From the IMG/VR virus record IMGVR_UViG_3300027850_000002, positions 32,001-96,000 of that record: a DNA stretch of 64,000 bases. One strand, written 5' to 3'. How positions within the stretch are numbered: position 1 is the stretch's first letter; every line of letters begins with the position of its first letter. The notes beneath the pieces were generated by a model that saw nothing but the letters and a program-made list of their open reading frames with translations, was not told the DNA's origin and ran no database searches. This DNA is from a virus. The position numbers and the translations under genes were made by a program. Of the stretch, positions 9,869 through 20,674 are shown piece by piece.

Positions 9869-10363
9869 ATGCAATATCCACTGACGATACCATTCTTCTT
9901 CGGCGGGCCTCAGCCCACTGTAGACGCGGACGGCTGTTGGATTGGGTTGCCAACCGAGTTCGAGGTTCTGTTGCTGCAACCGATGGCAACATACCCACTT
10001 GAACAACTGCGTCAGCGTTTCATGTTTGCGTTGACTACCAACCATGACCGCATCAAAGGTGCACGTGTTTGTCTACAGATGGCGTTTGAGATCGATACAC
10101 GCTCATACTTGAACAAGCTCATCGATCTTCCGCTCGAGGTGCCGCAGTCCAAAGTGTGTGAACGTCGTCGGTTTCTGGATATCGATAAGGACATGCGGTT
10201 GCAGCGTTACTTGGTTGGCCCTGCGATTGAGTCGCTCGCAACGATTCCAGCGATCCCGGTATCGTACGTTGAGCTGATCCGTAGGTACGCAATGGCGAAC
10301 TACGCCCGTTATCGAACCTGTGCGTTGGCGGCAGCGCTTTGCACAGCGAAGGCAGTGCAGTGA
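9869..10363 (+). CDS. Hypothetical protein
   Basis: 164 aa ORF with RBS; stop overlaps the next GTG. Confidence 0.65.
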   Translation: MQYPLTIPFFFGGPQPTVDADGCWIGLPTEFEVLLLQPMATYPLEQLRQRFMFALTTNHDRIKGARVCLQMAFEIDTRSYLNKLIDLPLEVPQSKVCERRRFLDIDKDMRLQRYLVGPAIESLATIPAIPVSYVELIRRYAMANYARYRTCALAAALCTAKAVQ

Positions 10364-13300
10364 CCGCGCCCATCAGCAAGACATCCTTTGCAGCGAGTCA
10401 GCCAAGACAGGCTGCGTTCATCGTTTACATCAACGGCATCGAAGTCCCCGCGAAGTCCGTGAACCTGCGGTTCGGCGTCTGGCAGATGCCCGAGATGCAA
10501 ATCGAGATGACCGCGGACCCGGTGCTAATGCGCTTGGGCGCAGAAGACCGTGTTCAGGTTGTGGTGTTCTACCTCGATGACTGCGACGTCGTGCCCGGAG
10601 TTAAACCTGAGTTTCGTCTGTTTGGCGAAGGCGAAATCACTGGATGGGGCTACCGCAACACGGGCGCTAGCCGCTCGATCATGTTCACGGTCGTCAATCA
10701 GATTGCGATCTACACGCAGTTGACGGTCAGTTTTCTGAACACGTTCGAGGACCTCGTTGGCGATGCGCGCGACCCCGCGCGAGGTGTAATAAATCTTTCA
10801 ACACCATCGTCGCGTCTGGTCTACCCGCTCGCGCTGTTTACGCAAGGGCTTCTCGAGACAGGTGATGCGAAGGCTGATTTCATCAAACGGCCCTTCGACT
10901 TCCTCTACAACACTGTTCGCGGAATGATCGACGCGCGCATTCCAGAAGCGCATCAGGCCATCCCCGCCTCGAACTTCTTCGCACGTTGGTCGAGGCTGAC
11001 GAACTTCCACAATCGGTTCGTAGCGTCCCCGTTCTTCGATGAGGTCGCGGCAGGCAGTGACAACATCTTCCCGGTCTTGAAGGCGGTGCAGAGCGTCTCG
11101 GCTGTTAGCGCAATCGTCAAAAACCTCATCCCGAACGTTCAGAACTCGGGGTCCATCTGGGACATGCTCGAGGTGGTCATCCAGACCCTCTTGACCGAGA
11201 TCGCGATGATTCCGTCGATGCCGCTGGTTACGGTCGACCTTGCGACGAGTCTCATCCTTCCGACCAACTTCAACGAACACATCCTCGTTCAGGCGCCTGG
11301 GTACACGGATGAGCTGCTTACCGTGATCGGTGGTCAGGTTCGTACGTTCGGCGGCACACCGATCACAGGACTCGTCAACGGGCACGCTATTGACGTCGAT
11401 CCATTCACAGGTGCGGCCACCGACGGGGTAACGGGCGCGCCCATCGAGTACAGCGATACGCTCGAGAGCGCTTCAGCGAAGGCGAACGCTCGGAAGTGGG
11501 TTCCCGCGCTCAGCATCGACAGCCGTAAAACGGCCCCCAAGCGGATCCCAAACTACTTTGTGAAGCCGCAGAGCCTGTTCAGCATCCCACCGTCCTGTAA
11601 TGCGATCTTCCCGTCGCAGCTCCTCGACATGAGCTACCAGGAGAACTACGCGACGCAGCCGACGCGTCTGTACTTCAACGACGGCACCATCAATCGGCTC
11701 CTGCACCAGGTGGGCCCTTATGCGAATGCCGTCATGGATGCGCTCGCGATCGGGTATCCGCCTGAAGTAGACCTGCTTGAACGTCAGCGCCCAGCATCTG
11801 CCACCTACAACGCGAAGAATTTTCTCATCTTCCCCGAGGAGTTCTTCAAAGGTCCCGTAATGGACCGTCGCGACATCCCCCCGTGGATGTTCTTTCTCAG
11901 CGCACAGGAAAACCACATCAATCCAAAGCCCGCGGACGGAAGCGCGCCTGCGTCCCCGCCGCCCGCACGCACGAGCGCGACGCCGCCTCCACAACCGTTC
12001 ACACCCGCACCGCCTCTGCCGACCGTGGCCACCGGAAACACCAATCCGACGTTACCGCTTCAAGGTCGTTGGGTTTGGCCCGTCTCGATGTACAACGGCC
12101 GAAAGCCCATCGTTAGCCAAGGTTTCAATCGGAATCCAGGAAGCGAACGCGGCGTCATACATCCGGGACAAGACTTCTTCTTCGAACGAATTCGGTCAGA
12201 CCCATACCCTGACCGCACGCCCAATCGGTCCAAGAACTTCGTCATGCCCAATGGCGTGTCGGTCCTTGCTGCGGCTGACGGAGTCATCTGGTCAGCAGGT
12301 AAGACGGGGGTCGGTTATAGTATTGTTATCAGTCACGAACCGCTCAAGGTCGCAACGTATTATACACACATGACATCCATGTTTGTGGAACCTACACAAC
12401 GTGCGAACTCAGGTCAACGCGTCAAGGCAGGCACGCCCCTCGGCATCATCGGATACAGTCCGACGGATGAAGCCAAGCTGATGCACCTGCATTTTGAGCT
12501 GTGGTTCGGTGGTGCAACAGACTTCGTCGATCCCGCGCGTTTCCAGAAGAACTGGGAATACATGACGGCGGGGCAACCGCTGCCCGCAGCAGCGCCGCCG
12601 CCCGCTACGCCGCAGTCGTCAACGTCTGTTCAGCCCCCACCCGCGGCACCCACGTCTCCTGCGCCTTCACCGGCTGCCTATGACACAGCTCAAGAGGCAA
12701 GCGATACAGTCTACAAGCTTTACGCTAAGTTCGAGTACTTCCGTGAACGTTACGCCAAGCGGAACGGCTCAGCCTCTGTTGCGTGGAATCCATACGTTGT
12801 TGCAGGCTTTCCCGGCGTCATTCTTGATCAACGCGCGTCGCGCGTTGACCTGTTCTGTTACATCACAACAGTGCAGCAGACTATGTCTCACGACGGGCGT
12901 CGTGGAACGCAACTTTCATTTTCGTACGGACGCCAACTCCAGGAGATGTTCCAGCAACTGAGTGACGAGTTCTCGTTGAACGACGCGACTGCACGAGGAT
13001 CGGCCCCCCAGGAGCCCATTCGTGATGTCAGCAAGGTGCTTCAGTCGTTCCCACAGGCTGAAACGTACTATCAAAACCTGTTCTACGGTGCGCAGCCTCT
13101 TTACGGTAAGGACGCGTCTTTCGATTTCCGAAACATGCTTGCGTACGCACCTAAGGTACCAGGCGCCTCTCCGGAACAAATCTATGTCGACGGACCCGAT
13201 GCGGTAGTCGACGATGCGGTTGTTCAAGCGACCCAGGTCTACGCGAATTTATTGGCTGAACGGACACCGCTCAGTGAAAAGGTCGTGTTGCTTCAAAGCC

Positions 13301-13965
13301 AGATCCAGATTCAACTGGATATTATCTTTGTCAACACGTTATCGTTTGGATCAACTCAAACAAGCGATAGTTCGCCGCTCGATGCAAACAACAATCCAAA
13401 CGCTTTGGTCTCCATCATTAAGGAGCAGCAAACAGCGACAGCCGACACAACCCTCGCTGACCTGAATCCACAACTCAAACGCGCACAAGCAGACCTTGCT
13501 GCTCTTGATACACGCATCAACAGTACGTTGTTGGTCAAAAACCAGACGTCGGTGAACTCCGTAACACGTGTATCGCACAACCTCGGTGGTGCGAACGCGA
13601 ACCGAGAGCTGGTTCCTACACCACGCTCAGCGCAGTTCTTCAACAGCCGAGATGCGGCGATGCGTTACAACTGGCGCCCGATCTGCACACTTGATGAGTA
13701 CGTCGTTTTCCTCAATTCTGCGGGGGAAGGAGCCGTGCCTTCGTTTGGCCATGCACACAGTGTTGGTGCTCGATATTTCCAACGTATTCGACGTATCGAA
13801 TACCAGCCGTTGCCTTTGGATCCCCCGCCGGGCGTTACGGGCCTGGACTCACCTGCCGTCACGGGTTTGACGTCGACAAGCTTCTCCCAAACACGTAGCG
13901 ACTGGGATACGGCACTGCTCGCCTATCGCAACAACGTCCTGGCCATCAAGACGCCGAGAACCTAG
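10360..13965 (+). CDS. Putative baseplate hub protein with inserted M23 peptidase domain
   Basis: HPGQD (HxxxD), VLAAADGVI, YYTHM, HLHFEL flanked by Pro-rich linkers; position in the tail operon. Confidence 0.75.
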   Translation: MTAPISKTSFAASQPRQAAFIVYINGIEVPAKSVNLRFGVWQMPEMQIEMTADPVLMRLGAEDRVQVVVFYLDDCDVVPGVKPEFRLFGEGEITGWGYRNTGASRSIMFTVVNQIAIYTQLTVSFLNTFEDLVGDARDPARGVINLSTPSSRLVYPLALFTQGLLETGDAKADFIKRPFDFLYNTVRGMIDARIPEAHQAIPASNFFARWSRLTNFHNRFVASPFFDEVAAGSDNIFPVLKAVQSVSAVSAIVKNLIPNVQNSGSIWDMLEVVIQTLLTEIAMIPSMPLVTVDLATSLILPTNFNEHILVQAPGYTDELLTVIGGQVRTFGGTPITGLVNGHAIDVDPFTGAATDGVTGAPIEYSDTLESASAKANARKWVPALSIDSRKTAPKRIPNYFVKPQSLFSIPPSCNAIFPSQLLDMSYQENYATQPTRLYFNDGTINRLLHQVGPYANAVMDALAIGYPPEVDLLERQRPASATYNAKNFLIFPEEFFKGPVMDRRDIPPWMFFLSAQENHINPKPADGSAPASPPPARTSATPPPQPFTPAPPLPTVATGNTNPTLPLQGRWVWPVSMYNGRKPIVSQGFNRNPGSERGVIHPGQDFFFERIRSDPYPDRTPNRSKNFVMPNGVSVLAAADGVIWSAGKTGVGYSIVISHEPLKVATYYTHMTSMFVEPTQRANSGQRVKAGTPLGIIGYSPTDEAKLMHLHFELWFGGATDFVDPARFQKNWEYMTAGQPLPAAAPPPATPQSSTSVQPPPAAPTSPAPSPAAYDTAQEASDTVYKLYAKFEYFRERYAKRNGSASVAWNPYVVAGFPGVILDQRASRVDLFCYITTVQQTMSHDGRRGTQLSFSYGRQLQEMFQQLSDEFSLNDATARGSAPQEPIRDVSKVLQSFPQAETYYQNLFYGAQPLYGKDASFDFRNMLAYAPKVPGASPEQIYVDGPDAVVDDAVVQATQVYANLLAERTPLSEKVVLLQSQIQIQLDIIFVNTLSFGSTQTSDSSPLDANNNPNALVSIIKEQQTATADTTLADLNPQLKRAQADLAALDTRINSTLLVKNQTSVNSVTRVSHNLGGANANRELVPTPRSAQFFNSRDAAMRYNWRPICTLDEYVVFLNSAGEGAVPSFGHAHSVGARYFQRIRRIEYQPLPLDPPPGVTGLDSPAVTGLTSTSFSQTRSDWDTALLAYRNNVLAIKTPRT

Positions 13966-13969
13966 TACG

Positions 13970-14722
13970 ATGGCCTCTATGACGAACACGCTGTCTCGTT
14001 TTGCAAAGCTGGCGGTAACGAATCGCCAGACGCAAGACATTGATGCGTGGCATGCGTGGAAGAAGAGTCCGACGGACGCAAACGCGTCTGCTTTGCTCTC
14101 GCACGTTTCGCCGCTCATTCATCGTGAGGCGAACAAATGGGCGGGCACGATGGCTCGTCCTCTCTTGGAATCTGAAGGCAAGCGTCTCGCGATGGAGGCG
14201 TTCCACAACTACGATCCGAACAAGGGTGCGGCGCTCGGCACCCATGTCGTTAACCAACTTCAGCGGATGTCTCGGTTGTCGTACGCGAATCAGAACGTTG
14301 CACGGCTCCCTGAGAACAAGATGCTGCTCTACCACAGCTACAACGTTGCGCACTCGGACCTCTCGGACGCGCACGGACGCGCACCGACGACCGACGAGCT
14401 TGCGGATCATCTCGGATGGCCAATCCCTCATGTGGAGGCGTATCGGAAGTCGATTGGCCGCAGGGAGCTGCTCGAGTCAGGCGGTCTGTTCGAGACGGGT
14501 GACGCAGGGCTCTATGATGGAGACAAGCAGGAGCATGTTGTCGACTTCATTCACCACGCCCTGACGCCGCAACACAAAGCCATCTTCGAGCACTTGACAG
14601 GTTACGGAGGTGCCGAGCAGCTCTCGAATCAAGAGATCCAGAAGAAGCTCGGCATGACGCAGGGGCAATACTCCTACGCCAAGGCGAAACTCATCGAACA
14701 CGTGGAGAAGGTCCATGGCTGA
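13970..14722 (+). CDS. Divergent sigma-70-like factor
   Basis: Region 2-like AFHNYDPNKGAALGTHV, region 3-like GRAPTTDELADHLG, region 4-like LSNQEIQKKLGMTQ. Confidence 0.8.
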   Translation: MASMTNTLSRFAKLAVTNRQTQDIDAWHAWKKSPTDANASALLSHVSPLIHREANKWAGTMARPLLESEGKRLAMEAFHNYDPNKGAALGTHVVNQLQRMSRLSYANQNVARLPENKMLLYHSYNVAHSDLSDAHGRAPTTDELADHLGWPIPHVEAYRKSIGRRELLESGGLFETGDAGLYDGDKQEHVVDFIHHALTPQHKAIFEHLTGYGGAEQLSNQEIQKKLGMTQGQYSYAKAKLIEHVEKVHG

Positions 14723-15785
14723 TCCAAAGCCGCCCGATCCGTGGGAATCCGTCAAAGAAATGGGGACGGGGCTCGCTCGCGCGTCTTCAGCGCAGGGTGA
14801 TAAGTCGTCATCAGATGCCAACGCGCAGCGACCGGGCATCGAGTACGACCCCGATACCAAACAGCGCTTCTACGATACAGCGCCGGTCCCTACCAAACGT
14901 TTGCTAGGCTCCCCGCTCGCGCCCACAGGTCCGTTCTCGATCGGAAAGCAGCGTGAACGGTCATTGGTGCGCGGTTGGGATTCAGGACATCGGTCGCTGG
15001 ACTTCAACGCCGTCTCGGGCGAGCCCGTCTTCGCGATGGCCGATGGCACGGTCGTCTTCGTCGGATTCCAGTCAAAAACGATCGGGCTCGTGAACTTGGA
15101 GAGCGCGCACGCGGATTCCAAGGGCAACATCTACGGAGGCGGGTCCGACGCCGTCGCGACGCCTCGTGATGTTGGTGAAGGTGGCATCATCATCCAAATC
15201 CTCCACAGCGGGGATTTCGAAGGCTATCGCACCGAGTACTTCCGCCTCGACAGCGTCAGCGTCTCAGCCATCGCCCCGGGCAACCAAGTAACCGAGGGTC
15301 AGCAAATTGGAAAGGCCGGCGGTACCGGCGGTCCCGCAGGATTTTCGAAGAAAAATCCCGTGCTGCCCATCCAAGTCTCGTTCGTATCGGGCCCCATCGT
15401 AACCATCGTTCGTCCAACTGCCTTCGTTCCGAATGCCTGGCCCGGACATCAGGACTCGACGTCAGGTACAGGGTTAGGCAGCAGTATTGTGATGCCTATT
15501 TTGAATGCATTCGGTGCACAAACAATGGCGAGCGACGCCGCCGTTATTATCCAGAGCTTAGACCGGGCGACGTCGTTACAGAACCAAGACACGTCTGCCA
15601 CCAAATTGGCGCAATCACGGCACGACACCTTTATCCAACAGACGCTCAACAATCGACAGAGCACGCTGTATGCGGCGACGGCCGCGTTTAAGGAGCAGCC
15701 ATTCTCTAAGGTGACCGCTCCAATGGTGTTCGACTTCGAAAAGGGTGTGTGGGTGGTTGGCGGTATTGAACAAGGACCTCTCTAA
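14715..15785 (+). CDS. M23 peptidase-like baseplate protein, probably catalytically degenerate
   Basis: GHRSLDF...GEPVFAMADGTVVF...GQQIGKAGGTG; no YxH or HxH motif. Confidence 0.72.
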   Translation: MADPKPPDPWESVKEMGTGLARASSAQGDKSSSDANAQRPGIEYDPDTKQRFYDTAPVPTKRLLGSPLAPTGPFSIGKQRERSLVRGWDSGHRSLDFNAVSGEPVFAMADGTVVFVGFQSKTIGLVNLESAHADSKGNIYGGGSDAVATPRDVGEGGIIIQILHSGDFEGYRTEYFRLDSVSVSAIAPGNQVTEGQQIGKAGGTGGPAGFSKKNPVLPIQVSFVSGPIVTIVRPTAFVPNAWPGHQDSTSGTGLGSSIVMPILNAFGAQTMASDAAVIIQSLDRATSLQNQDTSATKLAQSRHDTFIQQTLNNRQSTLYAATAAFKEQPFSKVTAPMVFDFEKGVWVVGGIEQGPL

Positions 15786-16231
15786 TGGCGTTTGACATCA
15801 ACATTCAGATCGTCCCCGCCTCGCGGTATACCGGAACTGCGTTTTATTCGTTCGGTCAAACACGTTCTCTGGGTGTACGGGGAATCCAGAAACTGGTGAA
15901 CATCTTTGCAAAGTACCTGTTGACGCCTGTAGGTACCGATCCTCTGGACATCACTTACGGAACCAATCTGACCAACCTCATCGGGTCCAATGTGTCCTTA
16001 AATGACGCCAGGGAAGTTTTGGACATGGCGGTCGAGAGTGCCGCCCAGGGCGTGCAAGCGTACCAATCGTTGCAGACGTCAGTAGATGACGACGAACGTC
16101 TCGCATCTGCCGTCGTGACCGACTACATTGCGATTCCAGACGGTCCTGGTTTCGCTGCTCAGGTCCTGATAACTAACGTCGCGAACCAGCAAATGCAGAT
16201 CGTGCTTCCCACGCTCGAGGTCCGCCAATGA
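15785..16231 (+). CDS. Baseplate wedge protein, gp25/GpW-like
   Basis: LLTPVGTDPLDITYGTNL motif; size and position before the J-like gene. Confidence 0.75.
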   Translation: MAFDINIQIVPASRYTGTAFYSFGQTRSLGVRGIQKLVNIFAKYLLTPVGTDPLDITYGTNLTNLIGSNVSLNDAREVLDMAVESAAQGVQAYQSLQTSVDDDERLASAVVTDYIAIPDGPGFAAQVLITNVANQQMQIVLPTLEVRQ

Positions 16232-18261
16232 GTACGACGATAACCATCAACCCCTCGGACGTATCGACCGCTGCCGACTTCCTGGAACAGTTCCTCTCGG
16301 ATCAGGTCACTGACGGGGATTTCAGTCGCGGAACGGCACTACGCGATCTAACCGTGCAAGCGGTTGCCGCCGTCGTCACATTTCTACGCAGTGATGCTGC
16401 ACAGATCCGCAAGATGCAGTCGCTCTTGTCGGTACGGGAGGCGGTGAACTCGGTCGGAGGTGACTCCGAAGCGTTGACGGATGCCGTCACTGCGATCTTG
16501 TCCAACTTCTTCGTCACGCCCAAGAGCGGTACGACGGCACGTGGCTACGCCATTGGACACGCGTCACAACAGGTCGATATCTTCATTGCAACGACCGTCC
16601 GCTTTACGTACAGCCGTGGGATTGTGTTCTCGGTTGATGCGGCGGACACGTTGTTTATCCCGAAGTCCGAGCTGACACCGATCATCGACGCAGACAACAC
16701 GGTCCTGGATTACGAGTTTCGGATTCCACTCGTCGCAGTCACCTCTGGCGCGGACTACAACATCCAGCCAGGGCTGTTCTCAGCGTTCGATCGATTCAAC
16801 CCGTACATCACACGCATCGAGACCACTGCTGAATTTTCAGGGGGTCGTGGGCCTGAGACGGTCGAGGAGGTGCTCGCGCGCGCCCCCACCGTCGTCGCGG
16901 TTCGCAATCTGATCAACTCGAGATCCATAAACGCGACCCTCGAAGACAATTTTGACAGCATCGAAAACATTCTTGTGATTGGAATGGGCGACCGTGAAAT
17001 GCAACGGGACATCGTTCCAACGATCGCACCCAACCTCAAGTTTCACGTTGGTGGCGCTGTCGACATCTACCTACGCACGGCGCTCGTTGAGACGTCGTTC
17101 ACAGGCGCAGTAGGCGGGGCGTTCGCGCGTCCTAATGGAGTCTCGACGATCTTCCGAGATGGTTCGGTGAGCTTCGCGGCCGTACTTCCAGGCGACATCA
17201 TCCGGGTCACCGCAGGCCTGCCCTCCGTCCCTGCAGAATTTCTCGTCGTAGAGAATGCCAGTTCAAATCTCGTCGTAAGTAGCCAGTCGCCCTTTCCAAT
17301 CGCGACAGACGAAGGCTCGCCGCCCACGACCGTGAATTATGTGATTGGACGTATCGGCCCGACGTACAACGATGTTGTGTTCGGTCTAGGCGGACTTCCT
17401 TACACGACGGGTTCGACGTCACGTCAGATCGGTACGCCGGGCCGTATCACGATGCCGGGCGGTCCCGTCATGGACATTTTGGACGTCGCCCTCATCAACC
17501 CTCCGCCGCCCGAAGCTGCATACAAGTCGACGCTCGACGGATTCGTGCACTACCCCAACCACGTCAATCAGACGCCGCAGCAATCCGCGTCGCCGACGCA
17601 AGGGCTACAGTTTCAAACGGTCGTCCATGCGCCGCTCGAAGCGCAAAGCACTCTCCAGTGGATGGAGGTCGTCGTTGGTACGGACATGTTCCCGACGCGG
17701 TTTGATACCTACCGGCTGCGGGTCCGCTACCGTACCCTGCAGTCGTTTGCGGTCATTGATTCATTCGTGCGCGGAACCCGTGAGCGGGTAAGCGCGGCCT
17801 TCCAGTTGCCTCGAGGACACCACCCTGTCTTGGTGTCCATGTTCTTGACGTACACGCTCAAGAGTACGGCTGTGACGACGCTTGATAACGATGCCATCGC
17901 CCTGACCATCATCGATTACGTCAACGCATTCGACGCATCGATCTCCTCGATCGATGTCTCAACTGTGATTCAGCTCGTCAAGAACACGTACCCTGACATT
18001 GCCAACATTGTACCGTCTGCGCTTGGTCTTCCGTTGTTGCAGATTGACTACGCGTTGCGGGCACCCACAGGTGACGTGCTTTCGTACAGTACGGCGGATG
18101 TTGTGAGTGTTGAATTGAGTAAACAGGTCGCGGGGCCTATTCCTCCAACGTGGCTGTTTAACGGGTCTCCCGTAACACTCGAGAGTCTCGGCGTTACCAA
18201 CCGCACGCTTCGCTATATTGCCAATGAGACCAGCATCGTTGCGCAGCAGGACGGAACCTAA
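16228..18261 (+). CDS. Baseplate J-like wedge protein
   Basis: G..YNI..G and FSGGRGPETVEEVLARA motifs, GGAVDIY. Confidence 0.8.
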   Translation: MSTTITINPSDVSTAADFLEQFLSDQVTDGDFSRGTALRDLTVQAVAAVVTFLRSDAAQIRKMQSLLSVREAVNSVGGDSEALTDAVTAILSNFFVTPKSGTTARGYAIGHASQQVDIFIATTVRFTYSRGIVFSVDAADTLFIPKSELTPIIDADNTVLDYEFRIPLVAVTSGADYNIQPGLFSAFDRFNPYITRIETTAEFSGGRGPETVEEVLARAPTVVAVRNLINSRSINATLEDNFDSIENILVIGMGDREMQRDIVPTIAPNLKFHVGGAVDIYLRTALVETSFTGAVGGAFARPNGVSTIFRDGSVSFAAVLPGDIIRVTAGLPSVPAEFLVVENASSNLVVSSQSPFPIATDEGSPPTTVNYVIGRIGPTYNDVVFGLGGLPYTTGSTSRQIGTPGRITMPGGPVMDILDVALINPPPPEAAYKSTLDGFVHYPNHVNQTPQQSASPTQGLQFQTVVHAPLEAQSTLQWMEVVVGTDMFPTRFDTYRLRVRYRTLQSFAVIDSFVRGTRERVSAAFQLPRGHHPVLVSMFLTYTLKSTAVTTLDNDAIALTIIDYVNAFDASISSIDVSTVIQLVKNTYPDIANIVPSALGLPLLQIDYALRAPTGDVLSYSTADVVSVELSKQVAGPIPPTWLFNGSPVTLESLGVTNRTLRYIANETSIVAQQDGT

Positions 18262-20654
18262 TGCCAGCCGTCGGATATCAATACAATTTCATCTTAGGTC
18301 TGTCGGATTTCTGGCAGCGTTTCTTTGCGGATGCAGACCAGCTCGAGACGCTCTATCACGGCTCTGCGATTCTTATTGGTCAGGCGTATCTGGACCTAAT
18401 GTCAGCGACGCTCGGCATCTCTCTTCGAGATTCTGTTGCGCTTGATCGCGAATTTTATCACCTGCTCGCGATGCGCGAAGACGAGATCCGTTTCGTCGAA
18501 GGCGCTACGGTCAACGCTGACCGTTGGGCCTACACTCTTCCAGATCCTGTTGTCGCCTTCGTCTCGATTGACAACCGTGTTATCGAACCCACCGCGTCTC
18601 TCGAAGACCAGCGTGACTACGACGTCGTCAACCGTGTGGTCCTATTCAAGGTCGACCCCACGAACCCAACCAACAACGGTCTGCCCTTGGCGGGCTATGC
18701 TCGAAGGTCCCTCGATGTGTCCGTCGGTGGAAGTTTCACCGATCCGTTTGTCGCAGCGTGGGCATCAACCACACCCGTTAAGAAGGGCGACACACTACGT
18801 CTTCTTGACGTTGGAACCGACGGAGCACAGCGACGTCGTCAGGATTACCAAATCGTCGTCGTGCGAGAACCTGCCATCTTCGTGTCCAAAGATGTAGCGC
18901 TTCCTCCTCCTGCGTCCAATATCAACTACGTCATTCTACGATGCCCGGCGAACCCTGTAGTTATAGCCGAACCGTTCACTCTCGTTGCAGGTGTTCCATA
19001 TAACTACGCGCAACTGGCGCACACGCGCATCCATTACAAATCGGTGCGCGTGTTTGCCAAGAGGCTTTCGGACGGCCAGGACGTAGTTGAGGATGTCGAT
19101 TACATCATCAATTACGAAGGCGGGTTGATCTTCCAGGTCACGGCGTGGCAAGGCGCGAGTCCTTACGCAGTTGACTATACGTGGATGAAGGAGGTCTATC
19201 CGATTGCAGGTCCGGTGCCCCGTCTGTCCATGACAGGAAGGATCGTCGCATCCTCGACGGTCGTTCGCGTTCTGCAGATGGCGGCGTGGACCCCCGAGAC
19301 GTTGGTTGATCGTCGGACGCTCGCTAACAACTTCGGCGCGCTCATTGGACGTCAGTCTGATAGCAGCGAGTTGTACCGCTCGTTTCTCGAGGGGATTTTC
19401 CAGCTCTACATCCTTGGACCTGTACTCGAGCGCATCGAGAGCGCGCTCAACGTAGTGCTCAACCTTCCAGTGGTTCGTGATGACGGTGAGGTCTACATCG
19501 CCACCGATTTCTCTGATTCGATCGTCGATCGAGTCTTGACGACACGGCCTTCTACCAACCAGACCGCGACGTATGAGTTTCCCAAGGGAACACCGTTCCG
19601 CGTCGACCTAGTGCCCGGCCTTGTGCTCGAATCGTTCGAGCCCTTTACGACCGCCGTCGCCGTAACGGACTATGTTCAATCGCCGTCGTGGTGGTACGGC
19701 GAGATCATCCCAGAAAACTTGTTTTCGCCAGTTGCCGGAAGTGTGCCCCCGATCTTTCGACGTATCGCGAGCCCGTACTACGTCGAGAATGTGGTCGGCG
19801 CTCCTGACGATCCCCAAGTCGGAGACCCGGGTCTTCACGTAGGTACTGACGAAACGGGCGTCCCCTTGGTACCGACACCGACACGAATCTATCGACACCG
19901 TATGGCGTTCGTGTTGATGGACCGATATCTCAAATACCATACGTTCTCGGTCAAGTTCGACGCGCTTGCACTGTCCGCATCTGGTGGTGGCGGCTTTGCG
20001 CAAAGTCTGCGTGACTTGAATGAGTTGGTGTTATCGGCAAAGCCGTCGCACACATACGTGTTCACCACGCCCACAACTGCGTTTCGTGACGAAATACAAG
20101 TCAAGGAAGATTCCATATCCTTCAATCGATTGGTCGGTTCCCGTGTTTACGGTCCTGACAAGGTCCTTTTCACTGACGATCCGCCGGTGGTTGGTGCAGG
20201 TATCTGGAACGTGGGTGACTACTTCAAGTACGAGTCGTTCACAGTGTTGACTTTGTTGCCTTTGGCAGTGCCCGTGACATTGGCAAATACACCGGCATTG
20301 CCACATTTCGGACGTTTGGTCCGCGCGTTTATCGCTGGAGATGTCGCAGGTGTCGCGCTCGTCGAAAACGTCGACTACACCGTCAACTATGCGGCACGCC
20401 AAATCACGCGGCTGACCGCATGGACGACGGACACGGTCAACGTGACCTATACCCAGCTCAACATCGGGAATCTCGCTGACGCTCCGATCGCCGTCGCCAA
20501 TATGCCGCTCTTGGTGAACGGCGTCGATCCCGCGCACATCACGGGTGCGTTCAGTGCTTCCGCGGCTGGTTGGGATGGTGTTACAACGCCACCATCTGCT
20601 CCGCGGGACATCGGCATGGTGGAACGCGCGCTCATCGTGTACGCACACCCGTAA
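18261..20654 (+). CDS. Putative baseplate wedge protein
   Basis: Follows J-like gene by TAATG coupling; AKPSHT motif typical of gpI-like wedge proteins. Confidence 0.65.
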   Translation: MPAVGYQYNFILGLSDFWQRFFADADQLETLYHGSAILIGQAYLDLMSATLGISLRDSVALDREFYHLLAMREDEIRFVEGATVNADRWAYTLPDPVVAFVSIDNRVIEPTASLEDQRDYDVVNRVVLFKVDPTNPTNNGLPLAGYARRSLDVSVGGSFTDPFVAAWASTTPVKKGDTLRLLDVGTDGAQRRRQDYQIVVVREPAIFVSKDVALPPPASNINYVILRCPANPVVIAEPFTLVAGVPYNYAQLAHTRIHYKSVRVFAKRLSDGQDVVEDVDYIINYEGGLIFQVTAWQGASPYAVDYTWMKEVYPIAGPVPRLSMTGRIVASSTVVRVLQMAAWTPETLVDRRTLANNFGALIGRQSDSSELYRSFLEGIFQLYILGPVLERIESALNVVLNLPVVRDDGEVYIATDFSDSIVDRVLTTRPSTNQTATYEFPKGTPFRVDLVPGLVLESFEPFTTAVAVTDYVQSPSWWYGEIIPENLFSPVAGSVPPIFRRIASPYYVENVVGAPDDPQVGDPGLHVGTDETGVPLVPTPTRIYRHRMAFVLMDRYLKYHTFSVKFDALALSASGGGGFAQSLRDLNELVLSAKPSHTYVFTTPTTAFRDEIQVKEDSISFNRLVGSRVYGPDKVLFTDDPPVVGAGIWNVGDYFKYESFTVLTLLPLAVPVTLANTPALPHFGRLVRAFIAGDVAGVALVENVDYTVNYAARQITRLTAWTTDTVNVTYTQLNIGNLADAPIAVANMPLLVNGVDPAHITGAFSASAAGWDGVTTPPSAPRDIGMVERALIVYAHP

Positions 20655-20655
20655 C

Positions 20656-20663
20656 CCTATAAT
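20656..20663 (+). promoter_or_regulatory. CCTATAAT candidate phage promoter
   Basis: 11 nt before ATG at 20675. Confidence 0.6.
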
Positions 20664-20674
20664 TACCCGGAACC

